Positions 6,829 to 15,434 of a stretch of 24,822 nt of DNA are shown in pieces (the first letter of the stretch is position 1; each line of letters starts with the position of its first letter). Source of the DNA: Pedosphaera sp. (GTDB lineage: Bacteria > Verrucomicrobiota > Verrucomicrobiia > Limisphaerales > SIBH01); the NCBI GenBank assembly GCA_031414955.1, contig JANOQV010000061.1, forward strand, positions 1-24,822. Direction: 5' to 3'. Under the pieces are notes generated by a model. The model saw only the letters and a program-made list of their open reading frames with translations. It was not told where the DNA came from and did no database searches. The position numbers were made by a program, and so were the translations under genes.

Positions 6829-8208
6829 TTAGGCCACGATTTCTCTCATCACTTCGCCCGAGACATCCGTGAGCCGGAAGTCGCGGCCCGCGTGGCGGTA
6901 GGTCAGGCGTTCGTGATCGAAGCCAAGCAGGTGCAGCATGGTCGCGTGCAGGTCGTGAACGCTGGCGCGGTTCTCGATGGCCTTGAATCCGAACTCATCC
7001 GTCGCGCCATAGACCGTGCCGCCTTTCACGCCACCACCGGCGAGCCAGACGCTGAAGCCGTAGTGATTGTGGTCGCGCCCGAGCTTGGACTTGCCGCTGT
7101 CGCCGAGCTCCACCGTGGGCGTGCGGCCAAATTCGCCGCCCCAGAGGATGAGCGTGTCGTCGAACATGCCGCGCCGCTTCAAGTCGGTCATCAAGGCCGC
7201 GATGGGGCCATCGATGTCACCGGAGTGTTTGCGAATGTTGCCCTCGATGTTGTCGTGGTGATCCCAAGGCTGGCCCGCGCCATGCCAGAGCTGCACGAAA
7301 CGCACGCCGCGCTCCAGCAAGCGCCGCGCGATCAACGTCTGCCGCCCGTGGACGTGATCGCCGTACATCGCGCGGATGTTCGCCGGCTCCTTGCCGATGT
7401 CGAAGGCGTCCGTCGCTTCAAGCTGCATCCGAAACGCCAGTTCGAAGGATTCGATGCGCGCCTCCATCCGCGGGTCGCTGGCATGGGCGCGCTGATGCTT
7501 GGTGTTAATTTCGCGCAAGAGATCGAGTTGCCGCCGCTGGATCGCGTTCGAGGCATGCGGGCTGCGGATGTTCTCGATCAGCTTCTCCACCTCGCGGAAT
7601 TGCGGGTCCACGAACGTGCCCTGAAACGCGCCGGGCAGAAATCCCGCCTGCCAGTTCTCGGAATCCTTGATTGGCATCCCGCCGGGACACATCGCGACGA
7701 AGCCGGGCAGGTTCTGATTCTCCGTGCCCAGTCCGTAAAGCGTCCACGCCCCGAAGCTCGGACGCGTCTGCACGCTGTCGCCGCAGTTCATCAGCATGAG
7801 CGACGGTTCGTGATTCGGCACCTGCGCATACATCGAACGCACCACCGCGATGCTGTCCGCGTGGGCCGCCGTCTTGGCGAACAGCTCGCTGATCTCCAGT
7901 CCGCTCTGGCCGTATTTCTGGAACTTGAACGGCGATGGGAACGCCGCACCGGTCTTGCGCTCGGTGCGCAGATTCTCGCTGGGCAACGGCTGGCCGGCGA
8001 ACTTCGTGAGCATCGGCTTCGGGTCAAACGTGTCCACATGCGACGGCCCGCCATTGAGGAAGAAGTGAATGACGCGCTTGGCCTTGGGTGCGAAGTGCGG
8101 TGCATGCGGAGCCAGCGGCGAAGTGGATTGCGCTTGCGCCAGCGCCCCGAGCGAGAGCGCGCCCATCCCCATGCCGGTGCGCGCGAGGAAGTCGCGGCGA
8201 TTCATCAT
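6829..8208 (-). CDS. DUF1501 domain protein (sulfatase-like, twin-arginine N-terminus)
   Basis: NRRDFL motif, KAKRVIHFFLNGGPSHVDTFDPKP, RGVRFVQL, WDHH, GEFGRTP, GRDH, GRDFRLTDV; alternative GTG start at 8229. Confidence 0.92.
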   Translation of the reverse strand: MMNRRDFLARTGMGMGALSLGALAQAQSTSPLAPHAPHFAPKAKRVIHFFLNGGPSHVDTFDPKPMLTKFAGQPLPSENLRTERKTGAAFPSPFKFQKYGQSGLEISELFAKTAAHADSIAVVRSMYAQVPNHEPSLMLMNCGDSVQTRPSFGAWTLYGLGTENQNLPGFVAMCPGGMPIKDSENWQAGFLPGAFQGTFVDPQFREVEKLIENIRSPHASNAIQRRQLDLLREINTKHQRAHASDPRMEARIESFELAFRMQLEATDAFDIGKEPANIRAMYGDHVHGRQTLIARRLLERGVRFVQLWHGAGQPWDHHDNIEGNIRKHSGDIDGPIAALMTDLKRRGMFDDTLILWGGEFGRTPTVELGDSGKSKLGRDHNHYGFSVWLAGGGVKGGTVYGATDEFGFKAIENRASVHDLHATMLHLLGFDHERLTYRHAGRDFRLTDVSGEVMREIVA

Positions 8209-8274
8209 CGGTCGGGCAAACGGGTTCACGGTGCGAAATCTAGGACCGCACCCCGACGCTGACAACGTTCGTTT

Positions 8275-8841
8275 TCAACGTCCGTCCGGCGGCGCGCTGA
8301 TCTCATTGAACAACCAGGCGCGGGCGTAGGCCCACCAGCGCTTGGCCGTCGCTTCCGAGATGCCGAGCACTTCCGCGGCCTCCTCGATCTTCAAACCGAC
8401 GAAGTAGCGGAGTTTCACCAACTCAGCTTGCTGCGGTTCCAACTCGGCAAAACGATCGAGCGCCTCATTCAGTGCGAGCAACTGATCGTCAGGCGCGGGA
8501 CTGGCGATTTCGAGATCGTCCACCGCGATGTGCTCGGCCCCGGAGCCACGGCGCTGCCGGCCTTTGCGCCGGGCGCGCTCGACGAGGATGCGGCGCATGG
8601 CCTCGGCGGCCGCGCCAAAGAAGTGCGCGCGGTTCTGCCAGGACTGATTGGGCGTGTCCACGAGCCGGAGCCACGCTTCGTGGACGAGCGCCGTGGGCTG
8701 GAGCGTGTGACCCGCCGGTTCGCCGGCCATCTTGTGCGCGGCCATGCGGCGCAATTCCTGGTAAACGAGCGGCAGCAGTTCCTCCGAAGCCTGGGGGTTG
8801 CCCTGCTCGATTACGGTGAGGATATGAGTGACTTCACTCAT
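8275..8841 (-). CDS. ECF sigma factor, TIGR02999 / Sigma70_ECF (kinase-associated) type
   Basis: LLPLVYQELRRMA, HTLQPTALVHEAWLRL, WQNRAHFF, AMRRILV, LRYFVGL, KRWWAYARAWL; ATGA overlap with the kinase stop. Confidence 0.95.
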   Translation of the reverse strand: MSEVTHILTVIEQGNPQASEELLPLVYQELRRMAAHKMAGEPAGHTLQPTALVHEAWLRLVDTPNQSWQNRAHFFGAAAEAMRRILVERARRKGRQRRGSGAEHIAVDDLEIASPAPDDQLLALNEALDRFAELEPQQAELVKLRYFVGLKIEEAAEVLGISEATAKRWWAYARAWLFNEISAPPDGR

Positions 8842-11800
8842 GGCTGGGCGCGCGGCGCGTTGGTGGCAGCCGCGGACCTTGCCGCCGCCGGCGTTGCGCC
8901 GATGACTTCAACCCGCAAGGCCCGCTGGTTTTTCAGGAAGGAACTTTGAACAGGCGGTGCTGAAAACTCCGGCCAGTCCCAGTCGAGGTTCATCGACTTC
9001 AAGCGCGCGCGGATGGCGCGCAAATCCCAACGGTGAATCGCGCCCGCGTATCGCGCGACGACGATGAGTTGCGTGCCGTCGGGCGTGAAACTCATCCAGG
9101 TGGAGTGGTCGCCTTGCGGGTCTTCGAGCCGGGCCACGGTGCGATCCGAAGCGGTTTCTTTGAGATGGATCATGCCCGGCGCCAGTTCGAGCGCCATCAA
9201 TTTGCCGTCCGCTGTGAAGGCGACGTGGCCCGGGTACAGTCCAATCTCCCGCGGCAGGCGGCGGCTCACTTGGAAGGAATTCAGATCGTGGAAGGTGAAT
9301 TCCTTATCGCGCGCCACGATGAGTTCCCGATGGTCAGGCGTGAAGAAAACTACCGAGGTCAAATCCGTTTCCAGTTCCTTGATCAACTTCCCGCTCTGCC
9401 TGTCCCAGACTTTCACGCGATCCGAATGCCACCCGCTGCTGGTCACCCGCGCTGCATCCGGGCTGACGGCGACGTAGCTCACTCTCGCGTGAGGCATTTC
9501 CGCCGCGCGCAGGGATTCCGTGACCAGATCGAGGATCACACACTGGCCGGCGCTTTCGCTCACAATCGCCAGTGTTTGGTCATCGCGGGCCCGGGCCATG
9601 CGTGTCGGTGCGAACGGCAGAGTGATTTGCCGGGATAAACTTATTTGCCGACCGCCCTCTGATTCCGGGCTGGCTTCGATGCGCCAGCGCCGCAACCCGT
9701 TGGTTGGACCGCAGGTCAGCAATTCGCGGCCATTGTCCCCAAAGAGAACGGAGGCGGTGTCACCCATGCGGAGCCACGCGACCGCGCGACCAAGCGCCAC
9801 GTCCCACAGACGCACCCCGTCCGAGGCACCAAGGGCCAGCAACGTTCCGTCGGGGCTGATGTCGCCATGGCGCAACACGCTGTCATCCTCTGTGAACGTG
9901 TTGAGGAAGGTGTGATACTCCTGGCTCGGAACAATTCCCCAGAGTTGCGCCTGATGATTCGACAAAGAAATCACACCCGTCCATCGGACGCCTTGAGGGC
10001 TGAATCCCAACTCACCTGAAAATGGAAGCCGCATCAAGAGCCGGCCCGGCGAGGGTTGCCACAGCCCCACCACTCCGTCCCACGAACTCGAAGCGAGGAA
10101 GTCGCCGCCCGAGTGAAAATTCAACCCGGTGATTTGCTCAACGTGCCCTTCCAACACGGTCACCTTGCGCCGGGTTGGCACATTCCAAATCTGGATGCGG
10201 CCATCCGAACCGCCGGCGGCGAGCAGATCTCCATCCGGGTGCCACGCCACGACTGTTTTGCTACTGGTTCCCGTGGGGAAATTGGCCACACGCTCGCCGT
10301 CGTCGCAGTTGTAAACCGCGACCGCATTCGCACGCAGATAACCCACGGCGACCCGGCGGCTGTCCGGATGAAATTCCAGCGCGCAAATCCGATCCCGCGC
10401 CTGCCAACGGCGGCTCTCTTCTCCGGTGCCCAGATCGAAACTGGTGATCCAATCCTCGTGTCCGACCGCGATGCGCCGGCCGTCCGCACTGAACGCCAGC
10501 ACCGAACATTTTTCGGGCGGGCTTTTGAGAACCGGCTCGTCGCTCTTCCATTCCCAGACCCGGAGCTGGCCTCCTTCATTGATCGAGGCGATGAGACGGC
10601 CATCCGGACTGAAGGTGAAGGCCCGGCCGGATTTTGCTTCCGGGCTGGATTCAAAGCGATGGAGTTCGCGGTCGTCTGGAATGGTGCGGATGCTGATCGT
10701 GCCGTCCTGCCCCATCCGGGCATAGCGCTGGTTAAAAAAATCGCAGGCGAATCCAACCGTGTCCGCTTTCCACCCCGGCCAAACCTCGGGCTGACGCTCG
10801 ACGTCGCTCATCGCCATGGTGGCAATGGCATTGTCCCTCAGTTCCGGCGTAGGCCGAATGCGCGCCGCGGCGGCGAGCGCGGCGAGACTCTCCGTGCGCT
10901 GGCCCATCTGACGGCTGTTGCGACGGGCTTGCGCCTGGCTCTGGAGGGAAACGAAGAGTTGTTCGCGCGCCCGCTGTTCACTGCCGCGCGCGGATTCCAG
11001 CGCCGCGCTGCGTTCGCGCAACGCATGGTCCTTCAGGTTTCGCTCCTGGCGGATGCGCGCATTGCTCGTCGCGAGAGCGATCACGGCGACGAGCAATGCC
11101 ACGAGAACTGTGACCGCCGTGATCAACGCCCCGCGGTTTCGCTGCGCCAATTTTTGCAGGCGATACATCCCGCTCGGCGGACGCGCTGTGACCGGCTCGT
11201 GATCGAGGTGGCGTTGAATGTCCGCCGCGAGGCCGTTGGCCGTCTCGTAACGTCGGGCGCGATCCTTCTCCAGGCACTTCATCACGATCCAATCAAGGTC
11301 GCCGCGCACTGCGCTGATGAGTTCCTTCGTCGGTAGCAGCCGACGTGAGGAGGCTCCATCTGTTTCGAGTTTCGAGTTTCGGGTTTCAGATTTTGAAGTG
11401 AGCCTCCTCACGTCGGCTCCTACGAGATTGGTGAGCCGTGTGGATGGCCGTAGTGGTTCTTCGTCGCGGATGATGCGCCGCATTTCGTTCAAGCCGGAGC
11501 GCAGCAGTTCCTCCCCGTCGAACGGCGTACGACCGGTGAGCAATTCGTAGAGCAGCACACCGAGGCTGTAGATGTCGCTGCGCGTGTCGATATCGACGCT
11601 GCTCATCTCTGCTTGCTCGGGGCTGGTATAAGCCGGCGTGCCGATGAAGGAGTGAAACTGGGTAAACAAGGTCTTATCCGTGAGCCGCTGGCCGGTGGCC
11701 TTGGCGATGCCGAAGTCGATCACCTTGGGCACAGGCACGCCATCATTGACCGTGACCAGAATGTTCGACGGCTTGAGGTCGCGATGAATGATGCCCTTTT

Positions 11801-12380
11801 GGTGGGCGTGCTGAATGGCCTGGCACACTTGCATGAACAGCCGCAGCCGCGCTCCGGTTGGGAGCTTAGCCTCATCGCAGAACTCGGTGATGCGCACGCC
11901 CCGCACCAGTTCCATCACGAAGTAGGGGCGGCCCGTCTGCGTCGCACCGCCATCGTGTACCTTGGCGATGTTCGGATGATCCATCAGCGCGAGCGCCTGT
12001 CGCTCGGCCTCGAAACGCGCAATGACCGAGCGCGTGTCCATGCCGAGCTTGATGACCTTGAGCGCCACGCGGCGGCGCACCGGCTCCTCCTGCTCGGCCA
12101 TGTAAACGACGCCACAGCCGCCCTCGCCGATTTTCTCCAGCAACTTGTAGCGGCCAATCCGGTCGCCGGGCCGTTCGGTAAGTTCCGCGTCGTGCAGGCC
12201 GTTGGGTGGTTGTTCCAAAAAATCTCCCGCGCTCTCGGCCGCCCGAAGCAGCGCCTCGACGCGGCAGCGCAACGCTGCATCCGCACCGCACGCATGGTCG
12301 AGATAGGTGGCGCGCTCGGTGGGCGTGAGACGTATGAGCGCCTCGGCGAACACCGCTTGTTCGGCGGACGCGGGTTTCAT
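8838..12380 (-). CDS. Hanks-type Ser/Thr protein kinase with TM segment and WD40 repeats
   Basis: GEGGCGVV, VALK, HRDLKPSN, DFG, GTPAYTSPE, DIYSLG; hydrophobic helix ALITAVTVLVALLVAVIALA; many FSPDG/WD repeats; start set at MKPASAEQ, downstream of the predicted promoter (12404 is an alternative). Confidence 0.95.
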   Translation of the reverse strand: MKPASAEQAVFAEALIRLTPTERATYLDHACGADAALRCRVEALLRAAESAGDFLEQPPNGLHDAELTERPGDRIGRYKLLEKIGEGGCGVVYMAEQEEPVRRRVALKVIKLGMDTRSVIARFEAERQALALMDHPNIAKVHDGGATQTGRPYFVMELVRGVRITEFCDEAKLPTGARLRLFMQVCQAIQHAHQKGIIHRDLKPSNILVTVNDGVPVPKVIDFGIAKATGQRLTDKTLFTQFHSFIGTPAYTSPEQAEMSSVDIDTRSDIYSLGVLLYELLTGRTPFDGEELLRSGLNEMRRIIRDEEPLRPSTRLTNLVGADVRRLTSKSETRNSKLETDGASSRRLLPTKELISAVRGDLDWIVMKCLEKDRARRYETANGLAADIQRHLDHEPVTARPPSGMYRLQKLAQRNRGALITAVTVLVALLVAVIALATSNARIRQERNLKDHALRERSAALESARGSEQRAREQLFVSLQSQAQARRNSRQMGQRTESLAALAAAARIRPTPELRDNAIATMAMSDVERQPEVWPGWKADTVGFACDFFNQRYARMGQDGTISIRTIPDDRELHRFESSPEAKSGRAFTFSPDGRLIASINEGGQLRVWEWKSDEPVLKSPPEKCSVLAFSADGRRIAVGHEDWITSFDLGTGEESRRWQARDRICALEFHPDSRRVAVGYLRANAVAVYNCDDGERVANFPTGTSSKTVVAWHPDGDLLAAGGSDGRIQIWNVPTRRKVTVLEGHVEQITGLNFHSGGDFLASSSWDGVVGLWQPSPGRLLMRLPFSGELGFSPQGVRWTGVISLSNHQAQLWGIVPSQEYHTFLNTFTEDDSVLRHGDISPDGTLLALGASDGVRLWDVALGRAVAWLRMGDTASVLFGDNGRELLTCGPTNGLRRWRIEASPESEGGRQISLSRQITLPFAPTRMARARDDQTLAIVSESAGQCVILDLVTESLRAAEMPHARVSYVAVSPDAARVTSSGWHSDRVKVWDRQSGKLIKELETDLTSVVFFTPDHRELIVARDKEFTFHDLNSFQVSRRLPREIGLYPGHVAFTADGKLMALELAPGMIHLKETASDRTVARLEDPQGDHSTWMSFTPDGTQLIVVARYAGAIHRWDLRAIRARLKSMNLDWDWPEFSAPPVQSSFLKNQRALRVEVIGATPAAARSAAATNAPRAQP
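11333..11423. repeat. GTAG-type REP doublet located in frame inside the kinase CDS
   Basis: Arms 11333-11356 GTAGCAGCCGACGTGAGGAGGCTC and 11400-11423 GAGCCTCCTCACGTCGGCTCCTAC inverted 23/24; spacer contains five TTTCGAG-like heptamers. Confidence 0.88.
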
Positions 12381-12405
12381 CGGGCGGCTGGGTTCATCAC
12401 CCATA

Positions 12406-12435
12406 CATGCGACATTCAAAGCGAAACAGGCTCAC
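12406..12435 (-). promoter_or_regulatory. Candidate ECF promoter for the kinase-sigma operon
   Basis: Minus strand GTGAGCCT-N16-CGCATG, same boxes and spacing as the divergent copy. Confidence 0.7.
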
Positions 12436-12456
12436 ACAGCGAAAGGAAAATATCGC

Positions 12457-12486
12457 GTGAGCCTTTTCGCCGGGTTTTGGCGCATG
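12457..12486 (+). promoter_or_regulatory. Candidate ECF promoter for the secreted-protein operon
   Basis: GTGAGCCT-N16-CGCATG, 57 nt upstream of ATG 12544. Confidence 0.7.
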
Positions 12487-12543
12487 AAGGGGTGGAACGC
12501 GATGCATCGCTGGTTCCAAAAACCGAGCCAAACCAACTCACGC

Positions 12544-14352
12544 ATGAAAACGAAACTCAAACTCCACCTCTTGCTCCTGGCGCTGGTCAGCCTGGCTGGC
12601 TTCGCCCGCGCGCAGGGCACGGCCTTCAGCTATCAAGGCCGGCTCGACGACGGCGGCCTGCCCGCCACCGGTCTCTACGATTTCACCTTCCATATGTTCA
12701 ATGTGGACGCGGCCGGCATCGCGCTGGCCGGCCCGCTCCCGCTCAACGCCGTGCCGGTCACGAACGGCCTGTTCAATGTCGTCCTCGACTTCGGGCCGGG
12801 CATTTTTACCGGGCCGGCTCGCTGGCTGGAAATCACCGTGCGAACGAACGGGGTCGGCGTGCCGGACGTGCTGGCGCCACGCACGCCGCTGTTGCCCACG
12901 CCCTATTCGAGCTTCGCCGGCCAGGCGGCCGGGGTGGTGAACGGCAGCGTGACGGCCAACCAGTTGAACGTGGGCGCACCGCCCACGGCGGGGCAGTTCC
13001 TGTCGTACGATGGAGGGAATTTTCTCTGGAGCGATCCCGGAGTGGCGGTGGGCAACATCTGGTCGCTCAACGGCAGCAGCGCCTACTACAACGCGGGCAA
13101 CGTCGGGATCGGGATCGCGAATCCACAGGAGAGACTCACGATTGCCGGTGTGACGAGCTTCAACAGCGGACTAAAAGTGACTGGGAATGCAAGCGGCGGG
13201 ACCGGCATTGCCATTGAGAACACGTCCAGCGGCGGACACAAATACGATTTGCTATCCGGCGGAGCGGGCACTGGTGTGGGCGTGGGAGGGTTTGGAATCT
13301 GGGATGAGACCGCAGGAAGCTATCGTCTCGCTATCGACTCTGGGGGCAACATCGGCATTGGCACGGCCGTTCCCACGGCGGGCTACCGGCTCGAGGTGGT
13401 CGGGGCAACGATCCTGAGACCCGGTAACGGAACGATTCAATACGGTTCACCCAATGGGGAAATAGGCATGTCGATCACGCCGACGGCGGGCAACCGAGCC
13501 GACCTGCGGTTTAATGGCTCGACGCTGAAGTTGGTGGCGAGTTACGGCGTGGGACCACCGCCGGCAGAATTTGGAATCAGCATCAGCACCAACGGCTACG
13601 TCGGCATCGGCAAAGCCAGCCCCAGCTTCAAGCTCGACGTTCTCAGCGACACCACCACGGCCATCGTCGGGCGAAGCACGGTCGCCAGCGGCATCGGCGT
13701 TTACGGCGAAAGCTCGCAGTACAACGGCGTGCGGGGTCTGGCTCACAACGCCAATCACGGTGCCGTGGTTGGCGTCCATGACGGCGGCGGCATCGCGGTT
13801 TACGGCACCGGAGCCACCGGCGTCCAGGGCGACAGCAGCAGTGTTGGCGGCTATGGCGGCTACTTTCGCAACACGGCGGGAGGCATTGCGCTCGGCGTTC
13901 AAGGGACGGCCCGCGTCGGCGTGCTCCAAATTACGGGCGGTGCTGACCTGGCGGAGCCGTTCAAAATGTCACACGAACACATTGTGAAAGGTTCGGTGGT
14001 CGTCATCGATGAGGAGCATCCCGGCCAGCTCAAACTGAGCGGCAAATCTTACGACCAGCGCGTGGCCGGCATTGTCAGCGGCGCCAATGGTGTGAACCCC
14101 GGCATCAGCTTGCAGCAAGAGGGCGTGCTGGAAGGCGGGCAGAACGTCTCCCTGAGCGGCCGTGTTTATGTGCAGGCGGACACGGCCAACGGTTCGATCA
14201 AACCGGGCGACTTGCTCACCACTTCCGACACTCCCGGCCACGCAATGAAAGTCACCGACCACGGCCGAGCGCAGGGCGCGGTTCTCGGCAAAGCGATGAG
14301 CGGGCTGAAAGACGGCCGGGGCATGGTGCTCGTGCTCGTGACGCTGCAATGA
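12544..14352 (+). CDS. Secreted tail-fibre/spike-like protein with putative C-terminal intramolecular chaperone (peptidase G2-like) domain
   Basis: Signal peptide MKTKLKLHLLLLALVSLAGFARA; AFSYQGRL N-domain; GNVGIG/GNIGIG/GYVGIG repeats; Gly-rich GVYG-type repeats; C-domain GADLAEPF...RVAGIVSG...SLSGRVYV...IKPGDLLTTS...VLGKAM. Confidence 0.8.
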   Translation: MKTKLKLHLLLLALVSLAGFARAQGTAFSYQGRLDDGGLPATGLYDFTFHMFNVDAAGIALAGPLPLNAVPVTNGLFNVVLDFGPGIFTGPARWLEITVRTNGVGVPDVLAPRTPLLPTPYSSFAGQAAGVVNGSVTANQLNVGAPPTAGQFLSYDGGNFLWSDPGVAVGNIWSLNGSSAYYNAGNVGIGIANPQERLTIAGVTSFNSGLKVTGNASGGTGIAIENTSSGGHKYDLLSGGAGTGVGVGGFGIWDETAGSYRLAIDSGGNIGIGTAVPTAGYRLEVVGATILRPGNGTIQYGSPNGEIGMSITPTAGNRADLRFNGSTLKLVASYGVGPPPAEFGISISTNGYVGIGKASPSFKLDVLSDTTTAIVGRSTVASGIGVYGESSQYNGVRGLAHNANHGAVVGVHDGGGIAVYGTGATGVQGDSSSVGGYGGYFRNTAGGIALGVQGTARVGVLQITGGADLAEPFKMSHEHIVKGSVVVIDEEHPGQLKLSGKSYDQRVAGIVSGANGVNPGISLQQEGVLEGGQNVSLSGRVYVQADTANGSIKPGDLLTTSDTPGHAMKVTDHGRAQGAVLGKAMSGLKDGRGMVLVLVTLQ

Positions 14353-14374
14353 GAACACAACCGTCATTCTCCTC

Positions 14375-15412
14375 ATGAAAACTCTTCTCTGGCTCCTCCG
14401 TGCCGGCCTCGGGCTGCTCGTTCTGATCGGCGCGATTTCACACTGCCATGCGGAAATCACGGTCCGGGTTTCCGTGAAGTTCATTCGTAATTCAACCGGC
14501 GCCTACCCGTCCGGGGGCATCGGCACGAACGACGGTTTTCAGGCCGAGATCGACCGGGGCAATCCGATCCTGGCCGCCACCGGGCGGGCTTACAAAATGC
14601 AGGTGGTCGAATACATCGGCATCCAGCCTCCCGCGCCCGCCGGCAGCAACGCGAACTACTGGTACACTCTCGATGCGCGGAGCAATCGTTCCACCATCGA
14701 GAACGCGGCCCTGGCCGATACAGTCACCTGGCGATGGAACACGACCGCGCTCAACATCTACGTCAATAACTCGTCCAGCGGCCAGTGCTCGTTCATTGGC
14801 AACGGCGTTTCGATTAGCCTGGGAAGAACGGTCGGGGCCGGGACCGTGCTGCACGAAGTGGGGCACTTTTTTGATTTGAATCACACTCATGCGCTCGACT
14901 ATGGCGACAACACGAACCCGACCAATCCGCCCGTGTTCACCATGGCTGACCTCCTGGACGGAGATGGTTTCGCCGAGACGGCCCGCGACAACCCGAACAT
15001 CACCACCAGAGATCAACTGTGTGTGGCGTTGTTCAACAAGGTTTACACCAACGCCACGGCGGGGGAGCAGGCCTTTGTGGACGGCACCTTCGAGAACGTC
15101 ATGTCGTATCACAACGAGAACATCCTGCTGCCGGTGCAGATGGACCTCTGGGGCCGGCATGCGAACGGAGCCAGGTTGTTTGTCTGTAGCGGAAGAACCT
15201 GGTTTGTCGCCAACGGCGGATCGGACAGCTCCACCGGAGACAACGCGGGATCGCCCTTCGCGACGATCACCAAAGGCTTGTCCAGTGTCGGCGGCCCGGA
15301 CGACGTGGTGCTGCTTCGGGTCGGAACTTACACCGCGCCGGTGGGCGGTCAGATCAGCACCCCCTGCACCTTGAGTGCGACGCGCGGCGTGGTCACGGTT
15401 CTCGGCCCATGA
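14375..15412 (+). CDS. Secreted metzincin metalloprotease (M43-like) with short C-terminal domain
   Basis: Zinc motif HEVGHFFDLNH, Met-turn NVMSY, signal peptide; C-terminal WFVANGGSDSSTGDNAGSPFATI resembles DUF1565-like beta-helix caps. Confidence 0.85.
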   Translation: MKTLLWLLRAGLGLLVLIGAISHCHAEITVRVSVKFIRNSTGAYPSGGIGTNDGFQAEIDRGNPILAATGRAYKMQVVEYIGIQPPAPAGSNANYWYTLDARSNRSTIENAALADTVTWRWNTTALNIYVNNSSSGQCSFIGNGVSISLGRTVGAGTVLHEVGHFFDLNHTHALDYGDNTNPTNPPVFTMADLLDGDGFAETARDNPNITTRDQLCVALFNKVYTNATAGEQAFVDGTFENVMSYHNENILLPVQMDLWGRHANGARLFVCSGRTWFVANGGSDSSTGDNAGSPFATITKGLSSVGGPDDVVLLRVGTYTAPVGGQISTPCTLSATRGVVTVLGP

Positions 15413-15434
15413 ATTATCCAGCCAGGGAAATCCC

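Noticed and set aside
6892..8262. Long antisense ORFs (6892-8262, 4950-6167, 10056-11336, 11613-13217, 1055-2512, 3552-4574, 20393-21463, 23525-24514)
   Set aside because: Shadow ORFs of GC-rich genes with clear family motifs on the other strand or frame; no motifs of their own
12544..14352. Prophage or tailocin, suggested by the tail-fibre-like gene
   Set aside because: No capsid, sheath, baseplate, integrase or lysis genes; the protein has a Sec signal peptide
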